A stretch of DNA of 64,000 nucleotides. It comes from a virus (Duplodnaviria; Heunggongvirae; Uroviricota; Caudoviricetes). Every line of letters starts with the position of its first letter. Position 1 is the stretch's first letter. Position numbers and translations under genes: made by a program. Location: positions 10,063 to 74,062 of the IMG/VR virus record IMGVR_UViG_3300037454_000941. The stretch is one strand, 5' to 3'. Shown one piece after another: positions 20,470 through 29,695 of the stretch. The notes under the pieces are model-generated. The model saw nothing but the letters and a program-made list of their open reading frames with translations. It searched no databases and was not told where the DNA came from.

Positions 20470-20532
20470 GTTGTTGAATTTAGCAAAACCGAGCCGGTGT
20501 GTCAATGGGTTCCGTTAAATCATTTCGCACAA

Positions 20533-21885
20533 TTATGCACAATGCCTAATTGAGCTAGTGATTTCCTGCTTCAACGACCTGCACTGTTCTTGTGTTTCGA
20601 AGAACTGTAACCTCAAGTCTTTGGGGCGCGGTTCGGAACCGCTACCTTCCTCCGGGCATTCACCCGGAGGGCAAGCTGCCACGGCGTAACTCGCCGCAGT
20701 CTGCTGCGTGGCGTAACCAAGCAACCACAAGCCATAGAAACGCAAGTTCCTGGCTGCATTTACATCCCTGTCGTGGTGGCAGCCACAATGTGGGCAGGTC
20801 CACTCACGGTCAGTGAGCTTCAAATCTTCTTTCCTGTAGCATCCGCATTCGGAACAATACTGGCTGGACGCATAGAACTGAGGAGCCTTTACCAGCTTGA
20901 TACCGAGCCACTTGCACTTGTATTCAAGCTGGGTGGCTATCCGGTTAAAGTTGGCATCGAGAACAGCCCCGGCAAGTTTCCTGTTCCGGCTCATGTTCTT
21001 CGGTTTCAACGACTCTATTACGAGCATCTTCGGTGCCAGTTTCCTAGTCAACGAAGTAGTACACTGATGAGCCGAGTTGATGCGGATGTTTGTTATCCTA
21101 CGGTGCAAGTCAGCCACCTTGCGTATGGCCTTCTTGCGGTTCTTGGAACCTTTCCTTCTGCGGGAAATCTTCCTCTGCCAGCGTTTAAGACGCTGCATGT
21201 GGCTCTTGTATGCCTTCGGATTGGTAATCACTTCGCCGAATGAGGTGATGGCTAAATCCTTGACACCGAGGTCAACACCGACAACATCGTATTCGTCGTC
21301 GGTAATCTCGACATTCTCGTAGAGAGGGATGATGTCTGTCTTGTAGGCGAACGAGACGAACCAATGCGAGCCTTGTCTCGATACGGTAGCCATCGGGATA
21401 GGTACCTTGTCGGAACCGTCCGGTATTGGGATGTAGTCTTTCTCCTTGAGCTTTACCTTGCCGAGTGACGGCAACTGAACGAAATCCCTTCCGATATAGA
21501 CAGAGCCGGTCAACCGGAAAGAATCCAGTTCACCGAACTTGTGAAATTGCGGGTGCTTGCCGGTTCCCTTGAAGAACTTCTGCCATGCTGTTCCGAGGTC
21601 CCGGAGCGCTTCCTGGCCACAGCACTTGGACAGCTCCATCAGCCACTCATTACCTTCCAGGTGCTTGTATTCAACCCATTCCCGGTGCCAGTCGATAGGA
21701 GAGCCGAGCTTACATTTTGGCTTCTGACCTTCCGGCGTGTTCTCCTTGGCCAGTTCGTAAGCCTTGTTCTGCTCGGCGAGCTTCCAGTTGTAGGCGCGTC
21801 GTGCGGCAGCACAGGACCGGAAGCACTTCCGTTCCTGTTCCTTGGTGAGCCGGAGCTCTATCTTTCTGCCGCACTGTTGTTCCAT
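20533..21885 (-). CDS. tnpB: RNA-guided endonuclease TnpB (IS607)
   Basis: RuvC-I VGVDLGVK, RuvC-II LVIESL, Zn finger CSECG...CPHCG, RuvC-III DRDVNAARNL. Confidence 0.95.
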   Translation of the reverse strand: MEQQCGRKIELRLTKEQERKCFRSCAAARRAYNWKLAEQNKAYELAKENTPEGQKPKCKLGSPIDWHREWVEYKHLEGNEWLMELSKCCGQEALRDLGTAWQKFFKGTGKHPQFHKFGELDSFRLTGSVYIGRDFVQLPSLGKVKLKEKDYIPIPDGSDKVPIPMATVSRQGSHWFVSFAYKTDIIPLYENVEITDDEYDVVGVDLGVKDLAITSFGEVITNPKAYKSHMQRLKRWQRKISRRRKGSKNRKKAIRKVADLHRRITNIRINSAHQCTTSLTRKLAPKMLVIESLKPKNMSRNRKLAGAVLDANFNRIATQLEYKCKWLGIKLVKAPQFYASSQYCSECGCYRKEDLKLTDREWTCPHCGCHHDRDVNAARNLRFYGLWLLGYATQQTAASYAVAACPPGECPEEGSGSEPRPKDLRLQFFETQEQCRSLKQEITSSIRHCA

Positions 21886-22589
21886 TACATACCTTCTATT
21901 TCCATTACTTCACCAATAGGTTTTCCTACATACGCTTGCTTAAATTCCTCGCTTTCCGCGATTTTCTTATATCTATCTCTAATAGACTTTTGACGATTCT
22001 TCTTGCTTCTCTGTCCATAGAGTTTCGCCGAGAACACGGTAATCAGCGATAGCATGTCCTTTACCAGGTCGGCCTCAAATGATTCCTCCAGGACTTCCTC
22101 GACATATTCAACAACGACCCCGTGGGACCGGAAGTATTCGACCAGGAAGTTGTAATTGAACCGGGTCAGCCGGTCGTAGTGCTCGATGACCAAGCGGTTA
22201 AACTTATGCTCAGCGGCATCGCGCATCAGCTTCAATAGCTTCTTGCGGTTGTCGTTCAGACCGCTGCCCACCTCGTCAACTACCGGACCTACCGTATAGT
22301 GCTTCTCGGCGCAGTATTCCAGTACCCGCAGCTTCTGCCGTTCAAGCTCGCCCTTGGTCTTCTGTTCGGCGGAAGACACCCGGCAGTAGACGGCAGTAAG
22401 GTCCGGCCTGGCCTCGACTTCCTCGTCCTCCTTCATCAGACGGCGAAGTTCGTCCTCGTCATACTTGCGGTTGGCTGTAGGCGTAGCACGGTAGGGGTGT
22501 AATCTTCCCTGTTCTACCCACTTGACAATCGTGTTCCGGTGGATGTCGAGAATCTTGCATGCCTCACGACTTCTTAGCTTCTTCCCCAT
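21885..22589 (-). CDS. tnpA: IS607 transposase TnpA (MerR-like HTH + serine recombinase)
   Basis: From ATG 22589: REACKILDIHRNTIVKW HTH, YCRVSS catalytic motif, EVGSGLN, DRLTRF, LYGQRS. Confidence 0.95.
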   Translation of the reverse strand: MGKKLRSREACKILDIHRNTIVKWVEQGRLHPYRATPTANRKYDEDELRRLMKEDEEVEARPDLTAVYCRVSSAEQKTKGELERQKLRVLEYCAEKHYTVGPVVDEVGSGLNDNRKKLLKLMRDAAEHKFNRLVIEHYDRLTRFNYNFLVEYFRSHGVVVEYVEEVLEESFEADLVKDMLSLITVFSAKLYGQRSKKNRQKSIRDRYKKIAESEEFKQAYVGKPIGEVMEIEGM

Positions 22590-22767
22590 CTTCCACCTCG
22601 TCTTCCATTTCGATACCGAGCAGCTTGGCGTTCTCGTCGAGGAGCTTCTGGAACTCCTCCACGGTAGGCACATAATCCAGCTTGAGGACCATCGGCTGGA
22701 TAGTACCGTCAGCCAGTTCAAACTCGTCCTTGGTGACTCGCACAACCTTCATACGATTTATCTTCAT
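22564..22767 (-). CDS. Small acidic protein inside the IS607 element, upstream of tnpA
   Basis: 67 aa, AGAGGA RBS, TATAAACC box upstream, overlaps the tnpA start. Confidence 0.6.
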   Translation of the reverse strand: MKINRMKVVRVTKDEFELADGTIQPMVLKLDYVPTVEEFQKLLDENAKLLGIEMEDEVEDGEEAKKS

Positions 22768-22884
22768 TTGCTATTCCTCTTTAGGTTTATAGCAAATATA
22801 ATAAAACTTTTGTGCAAAAGTGTGGAAAATAGTTAAAAAGTGTGTAAAATTTATTTAACAGCAGTCAACCCTTCGGATGCGCTT

Positions 22885-23094
22885 TTTCGTAAACATCTTT
22901 ACGGTATAGGAGTTACTTTTCCGCCTGGCGGAACCATTGCCGTCATGGGGACCCGGAACACGCAGGCCATCGGTCCACCGGCTGCTTTGGTGCACGGGCA
23001 CCGAACCTCCGCCGAATCGCCAGCCATGCGGGTTCCATTCGGGTTTCCGGCCAGCGGTTTCGTAAACATCTTTATGGTACTGGAGTAGCTTTTC
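22885..23094 (+). repeat. Two 37-bp imperfect direct repeats, each followed by a small hairpin
   Basis: tttcgtaaacatctttacggtataggagttacttttc (22885-22921) and tttcgtaaacatctttatggtactggagtagcttttc (23058-23094), 32/37 identical. Confidence 0.85.
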
Positions 23095-23337
23095 GCGCAG
23101 CGAAACAAGGGATTTTCAGGGTCCGGGAGCCCTGTACCATTGGTGTACTGAGGTTTTGTAATTATTTTTTTACCATTTTTCCCGGCGCACGGGCTTGCTA
23201 GAGGGGTTTTGTTTTCATAATTTTGCGAAAAACGGGCCCCGGCTGTCCGACCGGTACCGACGGTAGTCGGGCGGGTATAAGCTGGGGACGACGGCATGAT
23301 GCGTATGGTGCCATTGGTGAACTTTTTGAATCAATTC

Positions 23338-23388
23338 GCTCCCGGGAATCCCCTGTCATGCGCAACTTTCCAGGGGATTGCCGGGAGC
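23338..23388. other. Long GC-rich inverted repeat just before the polymerase-like gene
   Basis: gctcccgg-g-aatcccctg...caggggatt-g-ccgggagc, 17 bp paired with one mismatch. Confidence 0.8.
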
Positions 23389-23401
23389 ACCCTTTTTGCC
23401 G

Positions 23402-24958
23402 ATGTCAGACGGTACACCTAAGTTCGAATACGAGATGCGGATTCTCGATAGGTTCAGGAAGCCGTTGCAGGGACTGCTGAAGGAACACGGCATACCCAGG
23501 AAGGACCATGATTACTACTGGATGGTAGTCCACTGGGTGACGAAGGGTCTGATGGAGTCGTATCACAGGGAATACATGGCTACCGGGAAACCCCCGAAAC
23601 TCAGGGGGTGGTACTGCAGGCTCTATTCGCGCATAATGGAAACCGCGATGGGGCACAAGTATCTCGACGTGTTCAGGCGGCTCCGCGAGTGGGGCGTGGT
23701 GCAGCGCGGCGCGACTTACTGCGTCGGCGGTGACGGCAAGCCGGGGTGCTGCAAGCCGGTATGGTTCGGGGAACGGTTCGGCTACCTGCTGAAAGAATAC
23801 TGCTATGCAAAGGACGTGGCCCACCTGTATGGCAAGGGGAGGTTTCCCTGTGGCCGGATGATGAACGTGAAGGTCAGGTCCAAGTTCCTCCTGAAACGGT
23901 TGGAAAAATGCGCCATGCAGCGCAAGGAGGTTCAGATGCGCGACCCGGTGGTTGTGAACGTGCATGAGAACCTGAAACACTTCTCGATCGATCGGTCCAA
24001 GGCAACAAAATCCCTTATCGAATCGGGCGTCACCGGGAAGCGGCTCGACCGCGAATTGCGAAAGATAGACAGATTCAATTCGGTTGAGCGCAGCGAGACA
24101 TCGCTATTTGTCGTGCGCGACGATTACGGTCGCGTGCATACCAACGTCACCCAGCTCAAGAAGGAAGTGCGCGAGTGCGCGCTCTCGTGCGATGGCAAGC
24201 CGGTGTCCGAGGTCGACATAAAGAGCAGCCAGGGGGCGTTCCTGTGCTACATCATTGACGCCTACCTGAAAGGGGATCCGGCTGTATTGGGGAGGAACGC
24301 CCGTTCGTTCATCGCGATGGATCCGCGGGCCCCGGACTGGCTGGGGCGTCCGCAGCTGGAAAGGGAGTTTGCCGATTTCCGCGGAAAGCTGGAACGCCGG
24401 GAGCTGTACGAGTTCTTCGCCGGCGAAATGTCGCAGGACCTGGACCTCGACATGGTCGTGGGGCGGGACGAGGCGAAGCATGCGTTCCTTGCAACGTTGT
24501 TCTCCGGGATAGTCCTCGACCCCGATGGCGATCCCCAATGGCATGCGTGCCGGCGGGTGTGGGAGGAGAAATTCCCGAAACTGCTTGCGCTCGTGGATAT
24601 GATGAAGGTGGCCAACTATCGGTCACTCGCGTACGAGATGCAGCGCATGGAAAGTACGTTCGTGTTCGACGTGGTGGTCCCGGCCATACGGCGGGAGCTC
24701 GGTTGTCCATACTGTACGGTGCACGATTCCATAATCGTCCCGTCGGAATACGGGGATGCCACCAAGAAGATAGTGGACAGGGAACTCGCGAGGTTCGGGA
24801 TTCCGACTACCACTGTCGAGGAAAGGTCGATATTGGAACCCGATGACGAGTTTGCCCAGGCGGAAATGGCTTCGTTCTACGAGGCCGGCTACTATTGTGG
24901 GTGGGGCGATGCCGCGGACGCGGCGATAGCCGATGAGTACGCCCACGCGGCATCATAG
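23402..24958 (+). CDS. Winged-helix + minimal family-A (PolA/T7-RNAP superfamily) polymerase-like protein
   Basis: DDYGRVHTNVTQL, motif A VSEVDIKSSQ, motif B GRDEAKHAFLATLF, MQRMES, motif C CTVHDSIIV; no exonuclease domain; N-terminal helix-wing segment. Confidence 0.7.
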   Translation: MSDGTPKFEYEMRILDRFRKPLQGLLKEHGIPRKDHDYYWMVVHWVTKGLMESYHREYMATGKPPKLRGWYCRLYSRIMETAMGHKYLDVFRRLREWGVVQRGATYCVGGDGKPGCCKPVWFGERFGYLLKEYCYAKDVAHLYGKGRFPCGRMMNVKVRSKFLLKRLEKCAMQRKEVQMRDPVVVNVHENLKHFSIDRSKATKSLIESGVTGKRLDRELRKIDRFNSVERSETSLFVVRDDYGRVHTNVTQLKKEVRECALSCDGKPVSEVDIKSSQGAFLCYIIDAYLKGDPAVLGRNARSFIAMDPRAPDWLGRPQLEREFADFRGKLERRELYEFFAGEMSQDLDLDMVVGRDEAKHAFLATLFSGIVLDPDGDPQWHACRRVWEEKFPKLLALVDMMKVANYRSLAYEMQRMESTFVFDVVVPAIRRELGCPYCTVHDSIIVPSEYGDATKKIVDRELARFGIPTTTVEERSILEPDDEFAQAEMASFYEAGYYCGWGDAADAAIADEYAHAAS

Positions 24959-25008
24959 CCCCCACCCAAGTATAAACTGCGGTGGAAACAGCCGCAGTGT
25001 GGGTGGAA

Positions 25009-26571
25009 ATGCGATATTCTATTGAAAATCCGAAAGCGTTTGAGAAATTCAGGGGTGCTTTGGGTATGGGTGACGCGGAATGCGCCGGCGTATTCGAAGT
25101 TACCGATGGAAATGCGGTCATGCTGGCTGAATCCCTGCTTGAATACGGGATAGTGAAACCCGTCTTCGAAAACGACGAGGGGACCCCGGCGACCCCTACC
25201 CCCGCCAAGGCCACTCCGCCGCAACGGCCCCGGTCGACCAGGGCCGTTGCGGCGGAGAAGCGGGTGCATGACTCCCGCCGGGATACGGTCAAGGCGATCC
25301 GCGAGGTGGCCATCGACATGGGCATCGACGATCCCGACGGGTTCACCAAGAAAGCCGTCGGCGCAGTCATGGTAATTTCGCGCAAGAACCCGAAGGTATG
25401 GGACATCCTCGCCCGCGACGAGTCCAAGGTGAAGCAACTGGCGGTCAACGTCGCCAAGAAGGAACCTAACCTGTTCAACGCCATTTTGAAGAGTGGTGGA
25501 TTCGAACGTATCGGGGTGGACATCAAGGGTGACGGTACCATGGCCCACGCGGTCCCGTCGAACGACGAGCGGATAGGCAACGACATCGAGAGGGCTGCCG
25601 GAATCCAGGTGCCCGATTACGTCGAGGTGCCCGGCATGTTCGACGTTGAGCCGGATGATTCCGAGTGGGAAGAGGCCGTGATTACTTCGTTCGGCTACCC
25701 GATGATCAATCTCACCTCACCCCTGGTACGGGACATGCTCCGTGCAGCTGACCCGAAAGCCCAGAAGCGAGCATACAAGGAATTCAAGCGGCAGCTTTCG
25801 TCCAGCCCGGACATTTCCAATGCACTCGGCATAGGGCTTGGCGGTACGCTGGGCGTACGGAAGAACTCGCAGGCGGGGCCGGAACGCGTGAAGGATTCCG
25901 GTATACGGACCGAGTCGGTGGAAACCCCCGTTGTCGAGGGCCTGGGCGATAAGGTGAAGGGGGCGTGGACAGCCGCGAAGGATATCGCCAGCGGGCGGAC
26001 GTTTGCCAACCCGGTCGCGGTGTTGAAATCGATTGCAAACCAGAAGGGTACGCCGTGCAAGAGGAATCCGCTCCTCGTGAAATACGAGGACATTGCCGGG
26101 AAGTCCGCCGACGAAGGCGGGACGGTGACGGTAATGCCGCTTACCGGAAACGGGAAGAACAGCAAGCTGGACGTGCCCGCCTCGCACCTGGCCGCATTTT
26201 ATAGCGTAGTCGACCCGAAGGATGGCATGAAACTGTATGCGAAACTGCTTGGCGAGGTGAAGCAGAATGACTTTGATGCGGCCAAGGGTAAGATGGAAAG
26301 GCTGAAGGAAACGGTCCCGTTCAACAAGAAGGCCATGATGTCGAACAATTCCGTCAACGACAACATGAGGAAACTCGGAACCTACATCGCCAAGACGGGA
26401 CATCCCCCGTTTTACATATTGAAGGCGCGCACCGAACCCCGCGAGGCGGACCGGTGGTCGGATGACGATGCGGCCCACGGGTACCAGATGGTCACCATGG
26501 TCGTCGATGACCACAAGGCCGGCATGATATTGAAGGACTCTGTTGCCAAGGCGCTGTTCAGGATTGGATAA
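25009..26571 (+). CDS. Hypothetical protein, putative virion-internal; paralog of 32295-34085
   Basis: TATAAACT at 24971; shares EEAVITSFGYPMINL and GHPPFYI motifs with the 596-aa protein. Confidence 0.7.
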   Translation: MRYSIENPKAFEKFRGALGMGDAECAGVFEVTDGNAVMLAESLLEYGIVKPVFENDEGTPATPTPAKATPPQRPRSTRAVAAEKRVHDSRRDTVKAIREVAIDMGIDDPDGFTKKAVGAVMVISRKNPKVWDILARDESKVKQLAVNVAKKEPNLFNAILKSGGFERIGVDIKGDGTMAHAVPSNDERIGNDIERAAGIQVPDYVEVPGMFDVEPDDSEWEEAVITSFGYPMINLTSPLVRDMLRAADPKAQKRAYKEFKRQLSSSPDISNALGIGLGGTLGVRKNSQAGPERVKDSGIRTESVETPVVEGLGDKVKGAWTAAKDIASGRTFANPVAVLKSIANQKGTPCKRNPLLVKYEDIAGKSADEGGTVTVMPLTGNGKNSKLDVPASHLAAFYSVVDPKDGMKLYAKLLGEVKQNDFDAAKGKMERLKETVPFNKKAMMSNNSVNDNMRKLGTYIAKTGHPPFYILKARTEPREADRWSDDDAAHGYQMVTMVVDDHKAGMILKDSVAKALFRIG

Positions 26572-27557
26572 TGTTGAAGTCGATGTTACAGGAAAGGTTG
26601 CGGAGCATACTGGAAGCCACCATGGGGGAATTTGCCGCTCCCCTGGATTCCGGTCGCGCTGAGCGTGCGCTGAAATTGCAGCACCGGTATGCCGGCATCG
26701 AGCGCAACCCTTCGGGTGATGCGGTAATAAAGTGGCATATACCGTCCCAGACGAATCCGGGAACGGTGTACGAGTGCTTTATCTCGGTAAAACCGAAGAA
26801 CATGTCCCTGTTTGCCGTGGCGAACAACGTGCGCGACCTCCGCGCGAGGGTCCTTGCGCTGAAGGAGGCGGACGTTCGTTGTTTCTGTCCGTGCAAGGAT
26901 TTCCGGTATTCCGGTGCGGCGTATAACATGTCGCACCTGCATGACGGGTTCGAGGATGGACACGGGGATGCCGGGTCCGACATACCGCCCGACGTGCGCG
27001 ACCCGGAAAGGGATCGCACCATTTGCAAGCACCTGGCGGCGGCGTTCAAGGGAATGCTGACCAACGCCAGCAAGATCATGAAGGATGCTCGGGTCGCCAA
27101 GTTCCCGAAGGAGGCGCCCAACGATGTCGATATCGGTCCCTTGTCCAAGCGAAAGAAGGTCAAGGAAGCGCCCGCGAAAGCACCCGATATGTTCGATAGG
27201 CCGGCGGAACAGGAACCGGGGCGGCCTCCCGAAGTGATACCTTCTGCAGAGAAGGTAATCAGCGACAAGGATGCCATCCCGAAGATGGAAGGGTTGAACC
27301 CGGTGAAGATACCGGAAGTAAAGGAATCACTGGACGCGCTTGCCGGCGTCCTGCAGAAAGAAGGCGCCCTGTCCGGGGATACAAATCAGCCGGCTGAACC
27401 GGTTGTGCCCGAGAAGAAGGATGAACTGCCCGATGAAGACAAAGACGGCGAGGTTCCTGAGATGCCGGGGCTGAACGAACCGGAAAAGAAGCGCGATAAC
27501 CTTCTGTATGACCTGGAAGACGCGAAGGATGATCCGATATTCAGCCCGGGCGAATGA
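26571..27557 (+). CDS. SWIM-type zinc finger protein
   Basis: VRCFCPCKDFRY...PPDVRDP...ICKHL, i.e. CxC...CxH. Confidence 0.75.
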   Translation: MLKSMLQERLRSILEATMGEFAAPLDSGRAERALKLQHRYAGIERNPSGDAVIKWHIPSQTNPGTVYECFISVKPKNMSLFAVANNVRDLRARVLALKEADVRCFCPCKDFRYSGAAYNMSHLHDGFEDGHGDAGSDIPPDVRDPERDRTICKHLAAAFKGMLTNASKIMKDARVAKFPKEAPNDVDIGPLSKRKKVKEAPAKAPDMFDRPAEQEPGRPPEVIPSAEKVISDKDAIPKMEGLNPVKIPEVKESLDALAGVLQKEGALSGDTNQPAEPVVPEKKDELPDEDKDGEVPEMPGLNEPEKKRDNLLYDLEDAKDDPIFSPGE

Positions 27558-27585
27558 AGTAGTTTTTCTGTCATGAGGTACCAAC

Positions 27586-28887
27586 ATGACAGAAACAGAA
27601 ACAGAATACAAGCCGACTGAAGAAAGCGGACCACACGACAACCCTGCCGTTGGCGCCCCAGAGTCCGCAGAGGGCGCGACACCCGGCCAGTTGGATGGAG
27701 TCGAGAAAACACCGGATGTTGACGAGATTCCGATGGCGCAATTCAACCCGAATGAGATTCCCGATGTAAAACTCCTTAACGAAGAATGGAAGAAACGGGT
27801 TACGTGGAATCCATCGCGGGATAGCGTCTCGTGTACATATGACACGTTGAACCTCCCCACGTTTGAGGAAGCCAAGGCACTGACCAAACCGGATGTGGAT
27901 GATTTCTCAAGTTTAAGCGGGAAGACCCACTGTAAGACAGACGCCTTACATGAATTTGCGAGCACGATTAGGTACAAGGTCAAGGTTGTGCCCCCTGACC
28001 CCAGAACGGGGAAGGATTACAAGATACTTAAAATGCCGAAGTATCCTCAATTCCTGAAACAGCTCGGCGTTGACAGTATCTCCGAAATAAGTCTTATGGA
28101 TGTAAATGCGCATTTCTCTCCTAAGACTTTGAGTAGCATTCTTGAAGAATCGGAGAGCGACCGCCGGATAATAAAGGCGGCGTATTATATCGGCTGCCGG
28201 ATGCACAGGCAGAACAGGCTACTCTCCGGAAAAATGAATGACGGTGATATTGATGTTATCAAGACACTCATACCGGACTATACCGATGAGACGATCATCA
28301 AAGTCAAGAATTGGATCAGCAACATTGTCGACGCGGAAAAAATCGAATCTCCCACGTTGGCATATGGCGATGAGCCCAGGACCGATTGCACTATCAGCGA
28401 GGGTTTTGGGCTAGACAACGTAGAGATCACCAAGGAACTGGTGGACCGTTGTGTTGCCGGATATAAAGCCGTCAACGAATCATACAATGTTCTCACCGAT
28501 TGTCTGATGGGGACCCCGGCGGCCACGAGGGCGCAGCGCGAAGCAAGGGAGCGTGAGTCGTTCACCAAGCTGTTCAATCATGAGGCGGATATTCCGGGTA
28601 ATCTCATCAAGAAGATAATGAGCATACCCATGGACAACTGGGACTTATTGGTTGAGCGGACACGGTTTACCATGAAGCACATCATGGCATCGCGTGAAGT
28701 CTCCATCGTAGTGAACCTCGGGGAAGGGGCGACACCGTTCTGTTGCATCGACTACCGGGTGATTGATGGTGGAGGGAATACCAAGTTCACCGCATCGTAC
28801 GCAAGCATGGACGAGATGATGCGCGGGCGTAATTCCGCCACGCTGTTGCGCCTAATTGCGGCGAGATACCGGAGCGTAACGGTTTAA
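27586..28887 (+). CDS. Hypothetical protein; paralog of 40986-42113
   Basis: Shared domain TLNLPTFEEA...PDVDDFSSLSGK...IRYKVKVVPP...MPKYPQFL. Confidence 0.75.
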   Translation: MTETETEYKPTEESGPHDNPAVGAPESAEGATPGQLDGVEKTPDVDEIPMAQFNPNEIPDVKLLNEEWKKRVTWNPSRDSVSCTYDTLNLPTFEEAKALTKPDVDDFSSLSGKTHCKTDALHEFASTIRYKVKVVPPDPRTGKDYKILKMPKYPQFLKQLGVDSISEISLMDVNAHFSPKTLSSILEESESDRRIIKAAYYIGCRMHRQNRLLSGKMNDGDIDVIKTLIPDYTDETIIKVKNWISNIVDAEKIESPTLAYGDEPRTDCTISEGFGLDNVEITKELVDRCVAGYKAVNESYNVLTDCLMGTPAATRAQREARERESFTKLFNHEADIPGNLIKKIMSIPMDNWDLLVERTRFTMKHIMASREVSIVVNLGEGATPFCCIDYRVIDGGGNTKFTASYASMDEMMRGRNSATLLRLIAARYRSVTV

Positions 28888-28894
28888 TCGCATG

Positions 28895-28941
28895 TAGACA
28901 AGAAAAATGGCCACCTTCGGGGTGGCCATTTTTCTTGTCTA
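28895..28941. terminator. Bidirectional terminator, perfect 21-bp inverted repeat
   Basis: tagacaagaaaaatggccacc-ttcgg-ggtggccatttttcttgtcta between convergent genes. Confidence 0.85.
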
Positions 28942-29634
28942 GTATATCGTCCTAATATTTTCGCCTTCGGGGACACCGGTGCGATGAAATCGCATTTCCA
29001 GCTTGGGGACCTTGCATATTCTCGCCTTCGCCGTCGAGAGCCAGAATCCGAAAAAGTGTTCGGCGAGATAGCCGTCAACCCTGAGATTGCTGTCATCGAG
29101 GCCGGCAATGCTGTCATATTTCTGCAACAATGAAAACAAATCTTTACAATATAGGTCAATCAGTGGTTTCTTGCCAATGAACATGTTGCACTGGATCAAC
29201 GAGGGTCCTTTCAGGTACTCCACGAACCGGGTACCCAGGTTCGTCTTGGTTTCTTCGAGGACATTCAGGAATATGTCGAGCCATTTCATGTATTTGGCTT
29301 CGGCGAACCACTTGAATGCCGAATAATTCTTCCGGTGAAAAAATTCGGTTACGATGATGTCCGACTTGTCGAGGAGTTCGTTCGCCTGGTTCTTGGTCAG
29401 GCGTGACCATCCCTTGTTGTCGGCGTTTGCAAAGAAGCGGCGGTAGTGTTCCAGCCCAATGACGTTTGCGTTCGAATGCTTCCACATGTAGTACAGTGCG
29501 GTAAGCTCGCAATACCAAGGGTTCAGGTGGTCGATGTTGTCGCCCCTGTGGGGAACATCGACATAGAATTTTTCACGCCCTTCATCTAGTTCAATAAAAT
29601 TGTTCCTGCTGGAACCGACTACTAAGATACTCAT
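28939..29634 (-). CDS. DUF4422-family protein (polysaccharide glycosyltransferase-associated)
   Basis: GDNIDHLNPWYCELTALYYMWKH, IGLEHYRRFF, CNMFI, RVDGYLAEHFF. Confidence 0.85.
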   Translation of the reverse strand: MSILVVGSSRNNFIELDEGREKFYVDVPHRGDNIDHLNPWYCELTALYYMWKHSNANVIGLEHYRRFFANADNKGWSRLTKNQANELLDKSDIIVTEFFHRKNYSAFKWFAEAKYMKWLDIFLNVLEETKTNLGTRFVEYLKGPSLIQCNMFIGKKPLIDLYCKDLFSLLQKYDSIAGLDDSNLRVDGYLAEHFFGFWLSTAKARICKVPKLEMRFHRTGVPEGENIRTIY

Positions 29635-29695
29635 GGCGGAAAACTATACGAAAACCGGCAGCCGGGTGGCTGCCGCAATATATTTTGCCGGTAAC

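Larger units (their letters stand above)
20512..22870 (-). mobile_element. IS607-family element (small ORF + serine-recombinase tnpA + tnpB)
   Basis: Overlapping tnpA/tnpB genes. Ends inferred at GG dinucleotides with related subterminal sequences (ccgttaaatcattt at 20512; ctgttaaataaattt on minus near 22862) and aaaagtgtg repeats at 22816/22836. Ends are approximate. Confidence 0.8.

Noticed and set aside
22590-22745. N-terminal extension of tnpA given in the ORF track
   Set aside because: The HTH starts at ATG 22589; the upstream frame overlaps the better-supported 67-aa ORF
22885-23094. 37-bp repeats as a CRISPR array
   Set aside because: Only two copies, with 136 bp between them (too long for a spacer), and no cas genes in the window
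22840-23480. Short ORFs 22840-23088, 22899-23297 and 23223-23480
   Set aside because: No RBS or recognisable composition; they overlap repeats and hairpins, so the region is treated as non-coding
23402-24958. Retron or other reverse-transcriptase system (enzyme plus upstream structured RNA)
   Set aside because: Motifs are family-A type (DxxxxQ, RxxAK, HD), not RT (YxDD)
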